Source: an uncultured virus (IMG/VR IMGVR_UViG_3300032287_003803)
Taxonomy: Duplodnaviria; Heunggongvirae; Uroviricota; Caudoviricetes
Strand: one strand, 5' to 3'
Length of the DNA stretch: 64,000 bases
IMG/VR virus record: IMGVR_UViG_3300032287_003803
The position numbers and the translations under genes were made by a program. Below, piece after piece: positions 7,842 through 16,566 of this stretch (positions are counted from its first letter, which is position 1; every line of letters begins with the position of its first letter). Under the pieces are notes generated by a model. The model was not told the origin of the DNA, did not search any database, and saw only the letters and a program-made list of their open reading frames with translations.

Positions 7842-8039
7842 TTATTCAGTGTCAACAGCTTTCTCAAAGTTATTCACGATGAAGTTGCCATGCTCGTCAG
7901 TGCTAGCAAGAGACAAATCAAAAGCTGCGTCTGCGATTTCATCAACAGTATCAGCGTTCCATTCCTTCTCGCGCTCAAGCAAGCGCAAAACATAAATAGT
8001 AAATAAGCGGCAGCGGTGTTCGTGGAGTTCTTTGTGCAT
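7842..8039 (-). CDS. Small hypothetical protein
   Basis: Promoter TTGACG-N16-TATATT a few nt before ATG. Confidence 0.65.
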   Translation of the reverse strand: MHKELHEHRCRLFTIYVLRLLEREKEWNADTVDEIADAAFDLSLASTDEHGNFIVNNFEKAVDTE

Positions 8040-8069
8040 GGTGATAATATAGTGGGTTTTTAATCCGCG

Positions 8070-8303
8070 TCAAACTGTTTCGACAAACTCTTTTATGCTT
8101 GTTTCTACCCGAACAATTCTAAACTCTTCGGAAGACGAGTGAGAGTCTCTTTTCTCAAAAGCTAAACAGTCTTTTGCGTCTTCTAAAGAATACAAATTGC
8201 CAATGATTATAAACCAATGATGATAAAGCCTCGCTCCATGAGAGAGGTCGCGGTGTTGAATTTGCCAATGCGTTTTTTTTCTTGTGTAGTCTGGAGGAGT
8301 CAT
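8070..8303 (-). CDS. Small hypothetical protein (start corrected to 8303)
   Basis: TTGACA-N16-TATATT immediately upstream of ATG 8303. Confidence 0.65.
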   Translation of the reverse strand: MTPPDYTRKKTHWQIQHRDLSHGARLYHHWFIIIGNLYSLEDAKDCLAFEKRDSHSSSEEFRIVRVETSIKEFVETV

Positions 8304-8755
8304 GGCATCCAATATAATGGAATTAAAATCATTGTCAACATGTTTCGCGCTCTTTCTTAAACGCACGAAAGATTTCATCCCGTTCTGCGAGTGTGCAGCC
8401 GAGGGATTTTACAGTGTTGTTGGATGGTCAGTCGCTCATTTTTTATTTGAACTTAAGGCGTTCATTATTACGAAAAATCGCATTAGTAAATGATTAAAAA
8501 CTCCAAGGCATGAAACCGCCTTTTAAAAATCTTTTATTTGAGCGCACAATCTTAGTGGGCAAATAAGAATTCGCGCCATTACTTTTTGCCACTTGTTTTT
8601 GCAGTTTTGAATGCGCGTTTTCTGCTGCCTCCCATGACTGATGCACGCTTAAAATTCTTCCGTGCGTGCTGTTTTCTACAAGGGACATTTTGTTAGTAAG
8701 ATAGTATAGCATATTTTTTTTGTTTCGTTTATTACGAAAAATCGCGTTCATAAAT

Positions 8756-8830
8756 TGGCTCCCAAGTGTGGAGTCGAACCACATTCAACCGTTTATCAGT
8801 CGGCCCGCTCAATCGTGTGCGTTCATGGGA
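8756..8830 (-). tRNA. tRNA-Ile(GAU), atypical D arm
   Basis: Loop CT-GAT-AA, T arm TGTGG-TTCGACT-CCACA, encoded CCA. Confidence 0.75.
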
Positions 8831-8860
8831 TTATTAAGAAAAATCGTGTTCGTAAATTAG

Positions 8861-8933
8861 ATGTGGCCCTGAGAATCGAACTCAGCTTGCAAGCTTATGA
8901 GACTCGCCAGACTACCAAGCCTAGCCAACCGCG
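8861..8933 (-). tRNA. tRNA with CAU anticodon (Met/Ile2-like), weak acceptor stem
   Basis: Loop CT-CAT-AA, T arm CTGAG-TTCGATT-CTCAG; mismatched acceptor, no encoded CCA. Confidence 0.65.
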
Positions 8934-8935
8934 TT

Positions 8936-9340
8936 TTAATTGTTCTCTCTGTTTCCGCCGTCCCAAACTATACCAAGCTTTCGCCGCTGGTCAACTGAAA
9001 ATGTACACAAAGAATGTAATACACTAGATGCGCCAAGTTTATATGCATTATTTAATGCGCTAGCCATTAGCATTGCCTCGCTCTCAGAAGAAGCAAAAAT
9101 GTTATGCTCCTCTTCTTTGTCGCACACGATATATTTGCCACCTTCTACTTCAAAAATTTTATACTGCTTTTCTGCAACGTAAGGTGTAAAGGTTTCTTTC
9201 TCCTCCTGTTCTTCGATTTTCTCCCACGCTAGGGACCATCCATCACCTCGCTTGTCTTTGCAGCGAGCACATTTTTTTTCTTTTGTTGCGCGGTGAGTGT
9301 ATTCTGCGGGCGCTCCGCAGAGCAGTGTGCTGCATCTCAT
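8936..9340 (-). CDS. Hypothetical protein with N-terminal Cys motifs
   Basis: 134-aa ORF on the predominant coding strand. Confidence 0.6.
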   Translation of the reverse strand: MRCSTLLCGAPAEYTHRATKEKKCARCKDKRGDGWSLAWEKIEEQEEKETFTPYVAEKQYKIFEVEGGKYIVCDKEEEHNIFASSESEAMLMASALNNAYKLGASSVLHSLCTFSVDQRRKLGIVWDGGNRENN

Positions 9341-9511
9341 ATTTTTTTTCTTTTGGTTAGAAGTGTCTAGGAATTGTTATATTTGCGCGAAAGCTGTTCA
9401 AATTTTGTGAAAGCCAAGTGTGTTATTATAAGCGAGAAAAGAAGGAAGTCAAGAGGTTTCGTTATTTAACGCGCTCAATGTCATAAAAGTACCACTGTAT
9501 TAGCGTTTGTT

Positions 9512-9612
9512 GTGTTTCAGCCAGTAAAAAAGCACACTTTTGGTGTTTCAGCCAGTAAAAAAGCGCACTTTTTGGTGTTTTACCCTGTGCAAAAACACAC
9601 TTTTGGCGTTTT
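9512..9612. repeat. ~31-bp tandem repeat x3 in long non-coding region (candidate origin)
   Basis: GTGTTTCAGCCAGTAAAAAAGCRCACTTTT(T)G x2 plus a diverged third unit. Confidence 0.75.
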
Positions 9613-10600
9613 TGTGACTTTGCAGTGGGGTTTTAGGGGCATTTTTTAGGGGTTTTTTGGGTGAAAATTGGCATTTTTAATACATTTAAATAGCCGCGAC
9701 AGCTTTTTACCCCTATTTCTCACTATAAACACTCTTTTTCTTCTTGTTCTTCTCTATCTATTATCTCTATATATGTTATTGTTTTCTCTTGCTTGTTTTT
9801 CTCTATTGCTGGGGTGGTTTGAGTGCCTTGTAATCCAGACGCTCACAATGCCACGTTTGTCATTGATAATCAATGATAAAAGCGTTCTTTTTCGCCTCTA
9901 AAATCTTGTCCTTTTTCGCCTCTAAATTCAAAGTTTTTTAGCTGCAAATTTACACTCGTTTTTTCAACATTTTTCGGCTCTAAAACCTCCAAACATTTTT
10001 GCAATTCTTGTTCTCTTTCTTCCTTACTGAAAAACCAATAAGTTAAAAATTTACAAAGCAGCTTACCTAAGAGTTTCATTTGTGTTTAGAGTGGTTTAAA
10101 ATGGCATTAAAATACTATACAATGCGGCGAAAATATGACAATTCATTAAGAAGTCATTACAAATTGCGCGAAAATAAGTTTTTGCAGCAATCTGCCTCAT
10201 TATAAATTGTTTTTTAGAGTAAAATGTTTTGCCCGCCGCCGCAAGAGTCCCCCGAAAATTTCCGAAGGCGTGTGCTCTCTTGCGCTTTTCGACCACTACT
10301 TTCTCGTCGGTCATTACCAATCCGATTTGGCGAGGTACTTCGGCCAGCACAGGCACGGCGGGCGAATTTTTATTGATTATTTTTGCGGCTTTTCTTGCAT
10401 GGTTTTCGCCACTTTAATCATTACTTCTGCCACAATAATGGCCATTTCTGGCGACAAATAAAGAGCTTCTGTGTTTGGGGTAAAAATTGCAACGCAGCCC
10501 ATGTCATCAGGGTCTTCGCCAACAGTTAAAGAACTGTCAGTGTCATAATCAGAGATCATAAAGGATTGTTTGATTTGGTAGTTCATATTTTTAAAGGGTT

Positions 10601-10912
10601 TTACCAGAGGTTGAGGGTTAGGCCGATTGCTTCGGCGCGGTTGGCTGCGGTGGCGCGAACCATATCTACAACACCACCCATTGATGCCTCAAAAATGTCT
10701 GGTGTCCACGGGTCACCATCAAACTGAAACCCATTTGCTAGGTCGTAAAGCGCATAGGCGTAGGTTCTAGCTTGCTCGTCATTCAGAACATTCTCAAGAT
10801 CATGCACCGCATTGAGATCGTTGAAGTAGTCGGGGATAAGTCCACGCACGATACTATCGTTATCTTCACCATCAGCCTTAGCCAGCTTCATTCGTTTTTG
10901 TTCTTGTGTCAT
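10601..10912 (-). CDS. Hypothetical phage protein
   Basis: PDYFNDLNAVH...ATAANRAEA pattern; own promoter. Confidence 0.7.
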   Translation of the reverse strand: MTQEQKRMKLAKADGEDNDSIVRGLIPDYFNDLNAVHDLENVLNDEQARTYAYALYDLANGFQFDGDPWTPDIFEASMGGVVDMVRATAANRAEAIGLTLNLW

Positions 10913-10949
10913 GTTTTTACTATATAGAGGTTTTTAATGCAGTCAACTG

Positions 10950-11219
10950 TTATTCCTTGATTCTAATCTGACTCACATCAACACCTTTAAGCTTGGCGAT
11001 GTCTTCAAGAGTCAATTCAATGATTGGCTTTGGACGATTATCAATGATGGTTCCTTTTGAATCTTCACGATAGATTAAATTGCCTTTATCATCGTACTCA
11101 CGCATCCACCAATATCCATCTGAATCTTCACGATAGATTACCTCACCATTCTTATCTTTGAATTTGAATGGAAAGTCTTTGATGTTTAGAAATTGCGCGA
11201 TGGTTTGTTCGGTTTTCAT
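10950..11219 (-). CDS. Hypothetical protein with YD/RHS-like short repeats
   Basis: IYREDSxG repeated; own promoter. Confidence 0.7.
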   Translation of the reverse strand: MKTEQTIAQFLNIKDFPFKFKDKNGEVIYREDSDGYWWMREYDDKGNLIYREDSKGTIIDNRPKPIIELTLEDIAKLKGVDVSQIRIKE

Positions 11220-11245
11220 GTCTTTAATATAGCGAGTTTATTGAT

Positions 11246-11467
11246 TTAGTCAAGGATAATGTTTTCTTCCGTCATTCTTTGATGGATGAAACCTCGCAAA
11301 CTTTCGAGACTTTTGCCAGCTTCGGCGTGCAGATTATTATTGTATTTTAAATCTTGGCGAAGGTTTTCAATAATTTCGTTCACAATCATGCGCCATTTCC
11401 AGCCATCAATGGCTGTCTGGTGCTCAATTGCATCTTGGGGCAGTTCAAATTCAAGAGTCGCTTTCAT
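11246..11467 (-). CDS. Conserved small phage protein (MKATLEFELP type)
   Basis: Common phage N-terminal motif; ATG at 11467. Confidence 0.7.
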   Translation of the reverse strand: MKATLEFELPQDAIEHQTAIDGWKWRMIVNEIIENLRQDLKYNNNLHAEAGKSLESLRGFIHQRMTEENIILD

Positions 11468-12180
11468 CGTCAAAGGTTGTTGCGTTAAATTGTTCGCCAT
11501 TTTCACTGGAGCAAAGAATAACTTGGTAGGGATAATCGCTTTTTGTTTGAAAAAAACTAAGACAAAAGCGTTTTCCCGCCAAAACTGCTTGCATTTCATC
11601 TACTTGCTCTTTGTTTAGATGAAATTCGGTTCCGTCTTTGGTGAATTTGATGGTTTCGATGGTTGAATCAAATCCAACCTTGCGTTCTGCATATACTGAA
11701 AAATTCATATTTTTTATTTGTTTTCTTTCCATTTAAATTCTGTTTTGTTTTGACCTTTAATCACCCACTCTGCAAAGCCTTTGTCAACAGCTTCTTGTTT
11801 TAAAGCATCTCTTTGAGCAGCAACTGCAAAAGCAGCAACTATCATAAGAATAACCATTAAAACAGACAGCAATTCCAGATAATTTTCTTTTTTCATGATT
11901 TTTTATTTGTTTTCTAGTTGTTTTTTAAGAGTTTTAGGCACCAAACACCAGCAATCCTGAGAGTCTTTGACAATTTTCCACTGACAAGGCCCACCTGCGC
12001 CGAGGAAAATAGCTTTACCAGTGTATTCGCCAAAGTAACGAAGGCTAATCATGGAATCAAAAGGTCTAACTGCTGCATTAATTTCTCCCAATGAAGAACT
12101 CTCGTTCAGTTCTGCAAATGGATTGGATGCTTGTTCTTTCATGTTGTTAATATAGAGAGGTTTTTGCCCTTGTCAAATAC

Positions 12181-12822
12181 TTATGCATTAATAAGAACGC
12201 AGATTTCTTTGCCCCAAAGCGTTTTCATTTTGTCCAACACACCGCTCAGCCAATATTTATTGATGCCGCGAGGATCATTGCCTGCGCCAACTGGACAGTA
12301 GATTTGCTGGATTTTTTTAACAGTATAATTTCTGCCGCCGCAATACATTTTGCCGCCAAGAAGTTTACCTGCATACTTCACGCACTCATCCACAGAATCA
12401 AAATAATGATATTTTCCCCGCAAATAAATACCAAAAACATTATTTCGTTCGCGAGAGAATTTACTGTTGCCATTTGCTGATTCGTGCATAGCGATTGCTG
12501 CAAGAACAATTGGGCAAATGTCATTGTCTCGCGCCACGTTAATGAATAAGTCTCCCTTGTCTCGCAAAACGCCTTTTAAAAACATATTTAATCGAGCACC
12601 AGTAATAACACTGTGCTGACGAGCATCGTAGCTTTCTGAAACTGCAACAAACTTGACTGGCTGAGCTTTGTGCGTTGACTGCTTTATCTTTGAAACCATT
12701 CCTCTGAATGCTTCAAGCAAAGAAATCTTTTTGGGCGTTTCAACGTCTTGTGCATGCGAAAATGAAACTGCTGCAACAATAATGCTCATGAGAGCAAAGA
12801 AGAGTATTGTGATTTTTTTCAT
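12181..12822 (-). CDS. Secreted glucosaminidase / lysozyme-like peptidoglycan hydrolase
   Basis: Signal peptide; AAIAMHESANG...NNVFGI...FDSVDECV motif. Confidence 0.75.
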   Translation of the reverse strand: MKKITILFFALMSIIVAAVSFSHAQDVETPKKISLLEAFRGMVSKIKQSTHKAQPVKFVAVSESYDARQHSVITGARLNMFLKGVLRDKGDLFINVARDNDICPIVLAAIAMHESANGNSKFSRERNNVFGIYLRGKYHYFDSVDECVKYAGKLLGGKMYCGGRNYTVKKIQQIYCPVGAGNDPRGINKYWLSGVLDKMKTLWGKEICVLINA

Positions 12823-12878
12823 GAGATGAGTTTGGTTAATGCTTTCGACGCACTAATCTAACTCAAGAAAGGCCACTG

Positions 12879-13026
12879 TCAACTTTCTTTTCTCAACTTG
12901 CGGCGAAAATATTGAATGCTTGGATGAAACCAAGTGCAAGCATTAACAGTGCAGCTTCCACCGCCAAAGTGTTGTTTGGTGTTTAGTGGCGTCTTGTGGT
13001 AGTTCAAATTCAATAGTTGCTTTCAT
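12879..13026 (-). pseudogene. Chimeric gene remnant
   Basis: 5' part MKATIEFELPQD (paralog of 11246-11467) joined out of frame to ...CTVNACTWFHPSIQY (paralog of 13914-14060). Confidence 0.6.
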
Positions 13027-13039
13027 ATTTTTAATTAAT

Positions 13040-13882
13040 TTAAACGTCGCAGATTCCAAGTACTTTTGCTTTTTTGACACGGATTTTTCCTTCTTGACAG
13101 CAAATAATGTCTTCAATTTTAGCAGAAAGCGCCAAAATAACTTTATTTTTTTCTAGTGGATAATAATTCGCATGAGAGCCATGAATGCCTTTGCCACATG
13201 AAATTGAAGTGTCTGGGTCAAAATCTTCAACAACAACTTCCTCGCCAATCTTATAATGAAAACTGGAATCAAATTCGCTTGAAAGGTCTGATTTCACTCT
13301 TTTATAAAACAAGAGTTCTCCATTAACAGGCATTAAGTTAAGACTATTACGAATCGTTCCGAACAAATTTTGAGAACAGTCAAAATTGGTCAAGCCTGAA
13401 CTTAAAGAGATCAACTGATTAACCCTTGCGTTTCCAGAAACCCATGCGTTTCCAAAAACCCTTGCGTTTTCAGAAACCCTTGCCTTTCCAAAAACCTCTG
13501 CGTTTCCAGAAACCCTTGCGTTTCCAGAAACCCTTGCGTTTTCAGAAACCCATGCGGTTTGAAAAACCCATGCGTTTCCAGAAACCCTTGCGTTTCCAGA
13601 AACCCTTGCGTTTCCAGAAACCCTTGCGTTTCCAGAAACCCATGCGTTTCCAGAAACCCATGCGTTTCCAGAAACCTGTGCGTTTCCAAAAACCTCTGCG
13701 TTTCCAGAAACCTGTGCGTTTCCAGAAACCCATGCCTCTCCACCTTGCGAGAGGTTTTCAATCTTTTCAATCCACCCTCCGAGACTACCATTTTCTACAA
13801 TTCCTAAATCTTCCAGTGCTTTGATTTGGTATAGAATGATTCCGTTGAAGGTTTTAGTATTGGTCGTGAGTTCGTATTTCAT
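13040..13882 (-). CDS. Hexapeptide-repeat (left-handed beta-helix-like) protein
   Basis: 18-nt tandem repeats encoding (A-R/W/Q-V-S-G-N)n at ~13420-13735; C-terminal SCGKGIH motif. Confidence 0.85.
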   Translation of the reverse strand: MKYELTTNTKTFNGIILYQIKALEDLGIVENGSLGGWIEKIENLSQGGEAWVSGNAQVSGNAEVFGNAQVSGNAWVSGNAWVSGNARVSGNARVSGNARVSGNAWVFQTAWVSENARVSGNARVSGNAEVFGKARVSENARVFGNAWVSGNARVNQLISLSSGLTNFDCSQNLFGTIRNSLNLMPVNGELLFYKRVKSDLSSEFDSSFHYKIGEEVVVEDFDPDTSISCGKGIHGSHANYYPLEKNKVILALSAKIEDIICCQEGKIRVKKAKVLGICDV

Positions 13883-13913
13883 AAACCCAGTTTAGCACTT
13901 TTATCTTCTTGAG

Positions 13914-14060
13914 TCAAGTTTTTTTTCTAATGTATTTGATGCTTGGATAGAACCAAGTGCAAGCATTTTTTAGGCACGCTCCGCCGTTTGGGTGATCTTT
14001 TAGCGTTTCACCGCAGTCGCATTTGGTGTTTGATTTTAGTTTTCTGGCTTTTTTTTCCAC
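13914..14060 (-). CDS. Small Cys/His-rich protein (not in ORF track)
   Basis: GTG start; VEKKARKLKSNTKCDCGETLKDHPNGGACLKNACTWFYPSIKYIRKKT; homologous fragment at 12879-12975. Confidence 0.55.
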   Translation of the reverse strand: MEKKARKLKSNTKCDCGETLKDHPNGGACLKNACTWFYPSIKYIRKKT

Positions 14061-14296
14061 GACAAAAGTTTATTTAAATACTTTTTACGCTTTGAACATC
14101 CGCACTCTTTGAGATTAAACCAAGATTTAAATCTTTCTTCTGTGATTCCAAACTGTGTGAGCACAGTTTCCACCAAGTCGCCTAATCCAGCTTGTTCATT
14201 TGTCTCTAAAGAAATATTTTGTTCTTCGAGGCGCTGGATGACCTCGTTCATTTCTTTTTGGATTTTTGAGTTTTCTTGTTGCTCTTCTGGAGTCAT
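14036..14296 (-). CDS. Conserved small phage protein
   Basis: GLGDLVE...GIT...ECGCSKRKKYLN motif. Confidence 0.7.
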   Translation of the reverse strand: MTPEEQQENSKIQKEMNEVIQRLEEQNISLETNEQAGLGDLVETVLTQFGITEERFKSWFNLKECGCSKRKKYLNKLLSWKKKPEN

Positions 14297-14297
14297 A

Positions 14298-14771
14298 TTA
14301 AAGATTGTTGACGAAGAAATCACGATAGTTTTTTATTTCGTGACTGATTAGTCTTTTGTTATCATTATAATCAGAATGCATAATAAAATCAACATCGTTT
14401 GAGTGCGGCAATGCAAAAACATGACCAAATTCATGCAGTGCAGATGATCTGAGGTCGTATCCAACGCCAAGAAATTTGCGCCAACCACCAACATGCCACG
14501 GTTCGCGACTGTCGAAAGAGATTTCCCATTGGCGAGGATTTTTAAATGTGCGACATTCAGCGATTCTGTTGGGATGGAGTTTTTTATCAATTTTATTGTC
14601 AAAAGAGATGCGTATTTGAAGATTGCCGCTTCCTTCTTTTAACTCTACTAAGCCTTTCATGCAAAGATTCCACTCATTCGCGGCAAAGCGAATAGCGGAA
14701 AGAATTTTTTCGTTAGAAAGGTTTTTGGGTTTCCAGATTGGTAAATAAGTCCAGTGAACAATGTCGCTCAT
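14298..14771 (-). CDS. Matrixin-like (M10) zinc metallopeptidase
   Basis: HEFGHVFALPHS zinc motif and Met-turn IMH. Confidence 0.85.
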   Translation of the reverse strand: MSDIVHWTYLPIWKPKNLSNEKILSAIRFAANEWNLCMKGLVELKEGSGNLQIRISFDNKIDKKLHPNRIAECRTFKNPRQWEISFDSREPWHVGGWRKFLGVGYDLRSSALHEFGHVFALPHSNDVDFIMHSDYNDNKRLISHEIKNYRDFFVNNL

Positions 14772-14840
14772 GAATTTATTTACACCGAAAAGAGTAAAAT
14801 TTTATTATTTAGTGTATTATCTTATGAAGATAATCATAAT

Positions 14841-15389
14841 ATGATAACCAAAGAAAAATTAGAAAATTATTTAAAAGAAAATTTAACTAAATCGCAAATC
14901 GCCCAACAAGAAAATGTAACTATTTCAACAGCATCTTCGTGGATCAAAAAATATAAATTAAGTTATAGTCGCCGTTCAATACAGAATTGTGTTGTATGCA
15001 ATAACCCTCTTTGTGGCAATCAAACTAAATTTTGTTCTCTAGAATGCCATAACAAGTTAAATAATAAAAAATATCAAGGGTATTCTCAGCAACGTCAGCG
15101 AGGTATTGAAAAAAAATTAAAATTAATAGCTTTGAGAGGTTCTAAATGCGAATATTGCGGATATAACAAAAATCTTGCATCATTACAGTTTCATCATATT
15201 GATCCCAATGAAAAAGACGATCAGATGGATATGCGAAAACTATCTAATTCTACTTGGGAATGGTGCCTAAAAGAATTCGCAAAATGTCAAGTGTTATGCG
15301 CTAATTGTCATGCTGAAACTCATTTTCCACATTTAGAGATTTCAAAATTAGTACTCCCGCCAAGGATCGAACTTGGAACCGCGCACTAA
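14841..15389 (+). CDS. HNH endonuclease with N-terminal HTH and Zn finger
   Basis: CEYCGY...LQFHHIDP...KCQVLCANCHAETH. Confidence 0.9.
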   Translation: MITKEKLENYLKENLTKSQIAQQENVTISTASSWIKKYKLSYSRRSIQNCVVCNNPLCGNQTKFCSLECHNKLNNKKYQGYSQQRQRGIEKKLKLIALRGSKCEYCGYNKNLASLQFHHIDPNEKDDQMDMRKLSNSTWEWCLKEFAKCQVLCANCHAETHFPHLEISKLVLPPRIELGTAH

Positions 15390-15444
15390 TCTGGTGCATA
15401 CAGAGGGTATAAGCCTCTCGCTCTGCCAATTGAGCTACGGGAGC
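15352..15444 (-). tRNA. tRNA-Ile(UAU) with long variable arm
   Basis: GCTCCCG/CGGGAGT acceptor, AGAGG-CT-TAT-AC-CCTCT anticodon arm, GCAC/GTGC variable stem, T arm CCAAG-TTCGATC-CTTGG. Confidence 0.85.
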
Positions 15445-15556
15445 ATTATGAAGGTTTTTACGCACTCCTACAAACGTATTTTAATGTTTTGCCATGCCCT
15501 ATTCAGCAGAGGGTGCATTAAAATCATAGCTGAAATTTTAAGTCAAAAAAGAATAA

Positions 15557-15649
15557 TGGTCCCGCTGGTGAGATTTGCACTCACGGTGTTTACCACATGG
15601 GTTACGGTTTTTAAGACCGTAGCGTTTCAACTAGCTTCGCCACAGCGGG
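15557..15649 (-). tRNA. tRNA-Leu(UAA)
   Basis: CCCGCTG/CAGCGGG-A-CCA, ACGGT-CT-TAA-AA-ACCGT, long variable arm; T loop TGCAAAT. Confidence 0.85.
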
Positions 15650-15775
15650 ATTTTATTTTTCTTCTATTAGTTTTCTAACTTCGGACGGCGAAGCGTCTTG
15701 GAACAACTCTATTATACTTTAGCTTTTTTGTTTGTCAAGGATTGATCGTTGTGTATATTTAAAAAAGGAGTTTTT

Positions 15776-16198
15776 ATGATTATTCTCGTCACAGGAAAAA
15801 ACGGATCAGGAAAAAGTTATTTCTGCAAAAGGTTCTTGCAGCAATGTTATGCTGCTCATTTTAATAATGATTATATTCGTAACCTGACCAATAATCAAGA
15901 CTTTTCAATGGAAGGCCGCATTCTTGCGGCGAAAAACATGAGAAAAGCTGTTGATGAGAACAACGCGGTGGTCAAACTTGTTGACATGATTTGCCCAACA
16001 AAAGAATTGCGCGAAATCATCGCTCCTGATGTTATTGTTTACATCAAGTCGAACACTGCATCAAAATACAGTGACACTGACTCTCTTTATCAAGAGCCTA
16101 CCCCTGATGAAGCAAAATATTTCTTTAGTTGTTTCACTCGGAAAAGTGATCAACTTGTTGATCGCGTTGTGTATTGGCTGTATAAGAATCCTCAGTAA
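15776..16198 (+). CDS. P-loop kinase, adenylylsulfate (APS) kinase-like
   Basis: ILVTGKNGSGKS, NNDYIR...DFSMEGR, ICPT..LR, YQEP motifs as in CysC-like phage kinases. Confidence 0.65.
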   Translation: MIILVTGKNGSGKSYFCKRFLQQCYAAHFNNDYIRNLTNNQDFSMEGRILAAKNMRKAVDENNAVVKLVDMICPTKELREIIAPDVIVYIKSNTASKYSDTDSLYQEPTPDEAKYFFSCFTRKSDQLVDRVVYWLYKNPQ

Positions 16199-16228
16199 AT
16201 TCTTCGCCGTAATCAATTTCCCATTCTC

Positions 16229-16540
16229 TCACAGAGAGAAGAGAGTATTCGTCGTTGGTATTTTTTTCGGTTTGGTTCGTAATTTTATTAATTCAAAACT
16301 TTCCCACTCATGGAATCCTTTTTTATCGCAGCATCCAAGACCGCCACGACCGTTACAAATAGTGCAAGTTTTTCTGTGCTTCTGCCTGTTTAAAGACTTG
16401 ATAATTCCATGACCAGCGCACCAGACACAATCTGTGTCAACATCATGTCCGCAAAAATAGGTAACTTCACCGCTTCCTTCACAAGAAGGACAAAATAAAA
16501 ATCCAGCAGATTCAACAATAGATTTAATAGTTGGTGTCAT
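16229..16540 (-). CDS. DnaJ-type CxxCxGxG zinc-finger protein
   Basis: CPSCEGSG, CVWCAGHG, CTICNGRG. Confidence 0.75.
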   Translation of the reverse strand: MTPTIKSIVESAGFLFCPSCEGSGEVTYFCGHDVDTDCVWCAGHGIIKSLNRQKHRKTCTICNGRGGLGCCDKKGFHEWESFELIKLRTKPKKIPTTNTLFSL

Positions 16541-16566
16541 TGTTTTACTCTATACTCTAGTTTTGT

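Noticed and set aside
8755..9027. ORF 8755-9027 (and similarly 15373-15678)
   Set aside because: Antisense to tRNA genes
9668..10461. Several short ORFs on both strands
   Set aside because: Biased composition, no motifs, overlap repeat tracts; not supportable as genes
13411..13824. Alternative-frame repeat ORFs
   Set aside because: Artefacts of the stop-free 18-nt tandem repeat
12915..13967. AATGCTTG...CAAGCATT repeats as mobile-element ends
   Set aside because: Better explained as paralogous coding sequence (NACTWF.PSI); no transposase present
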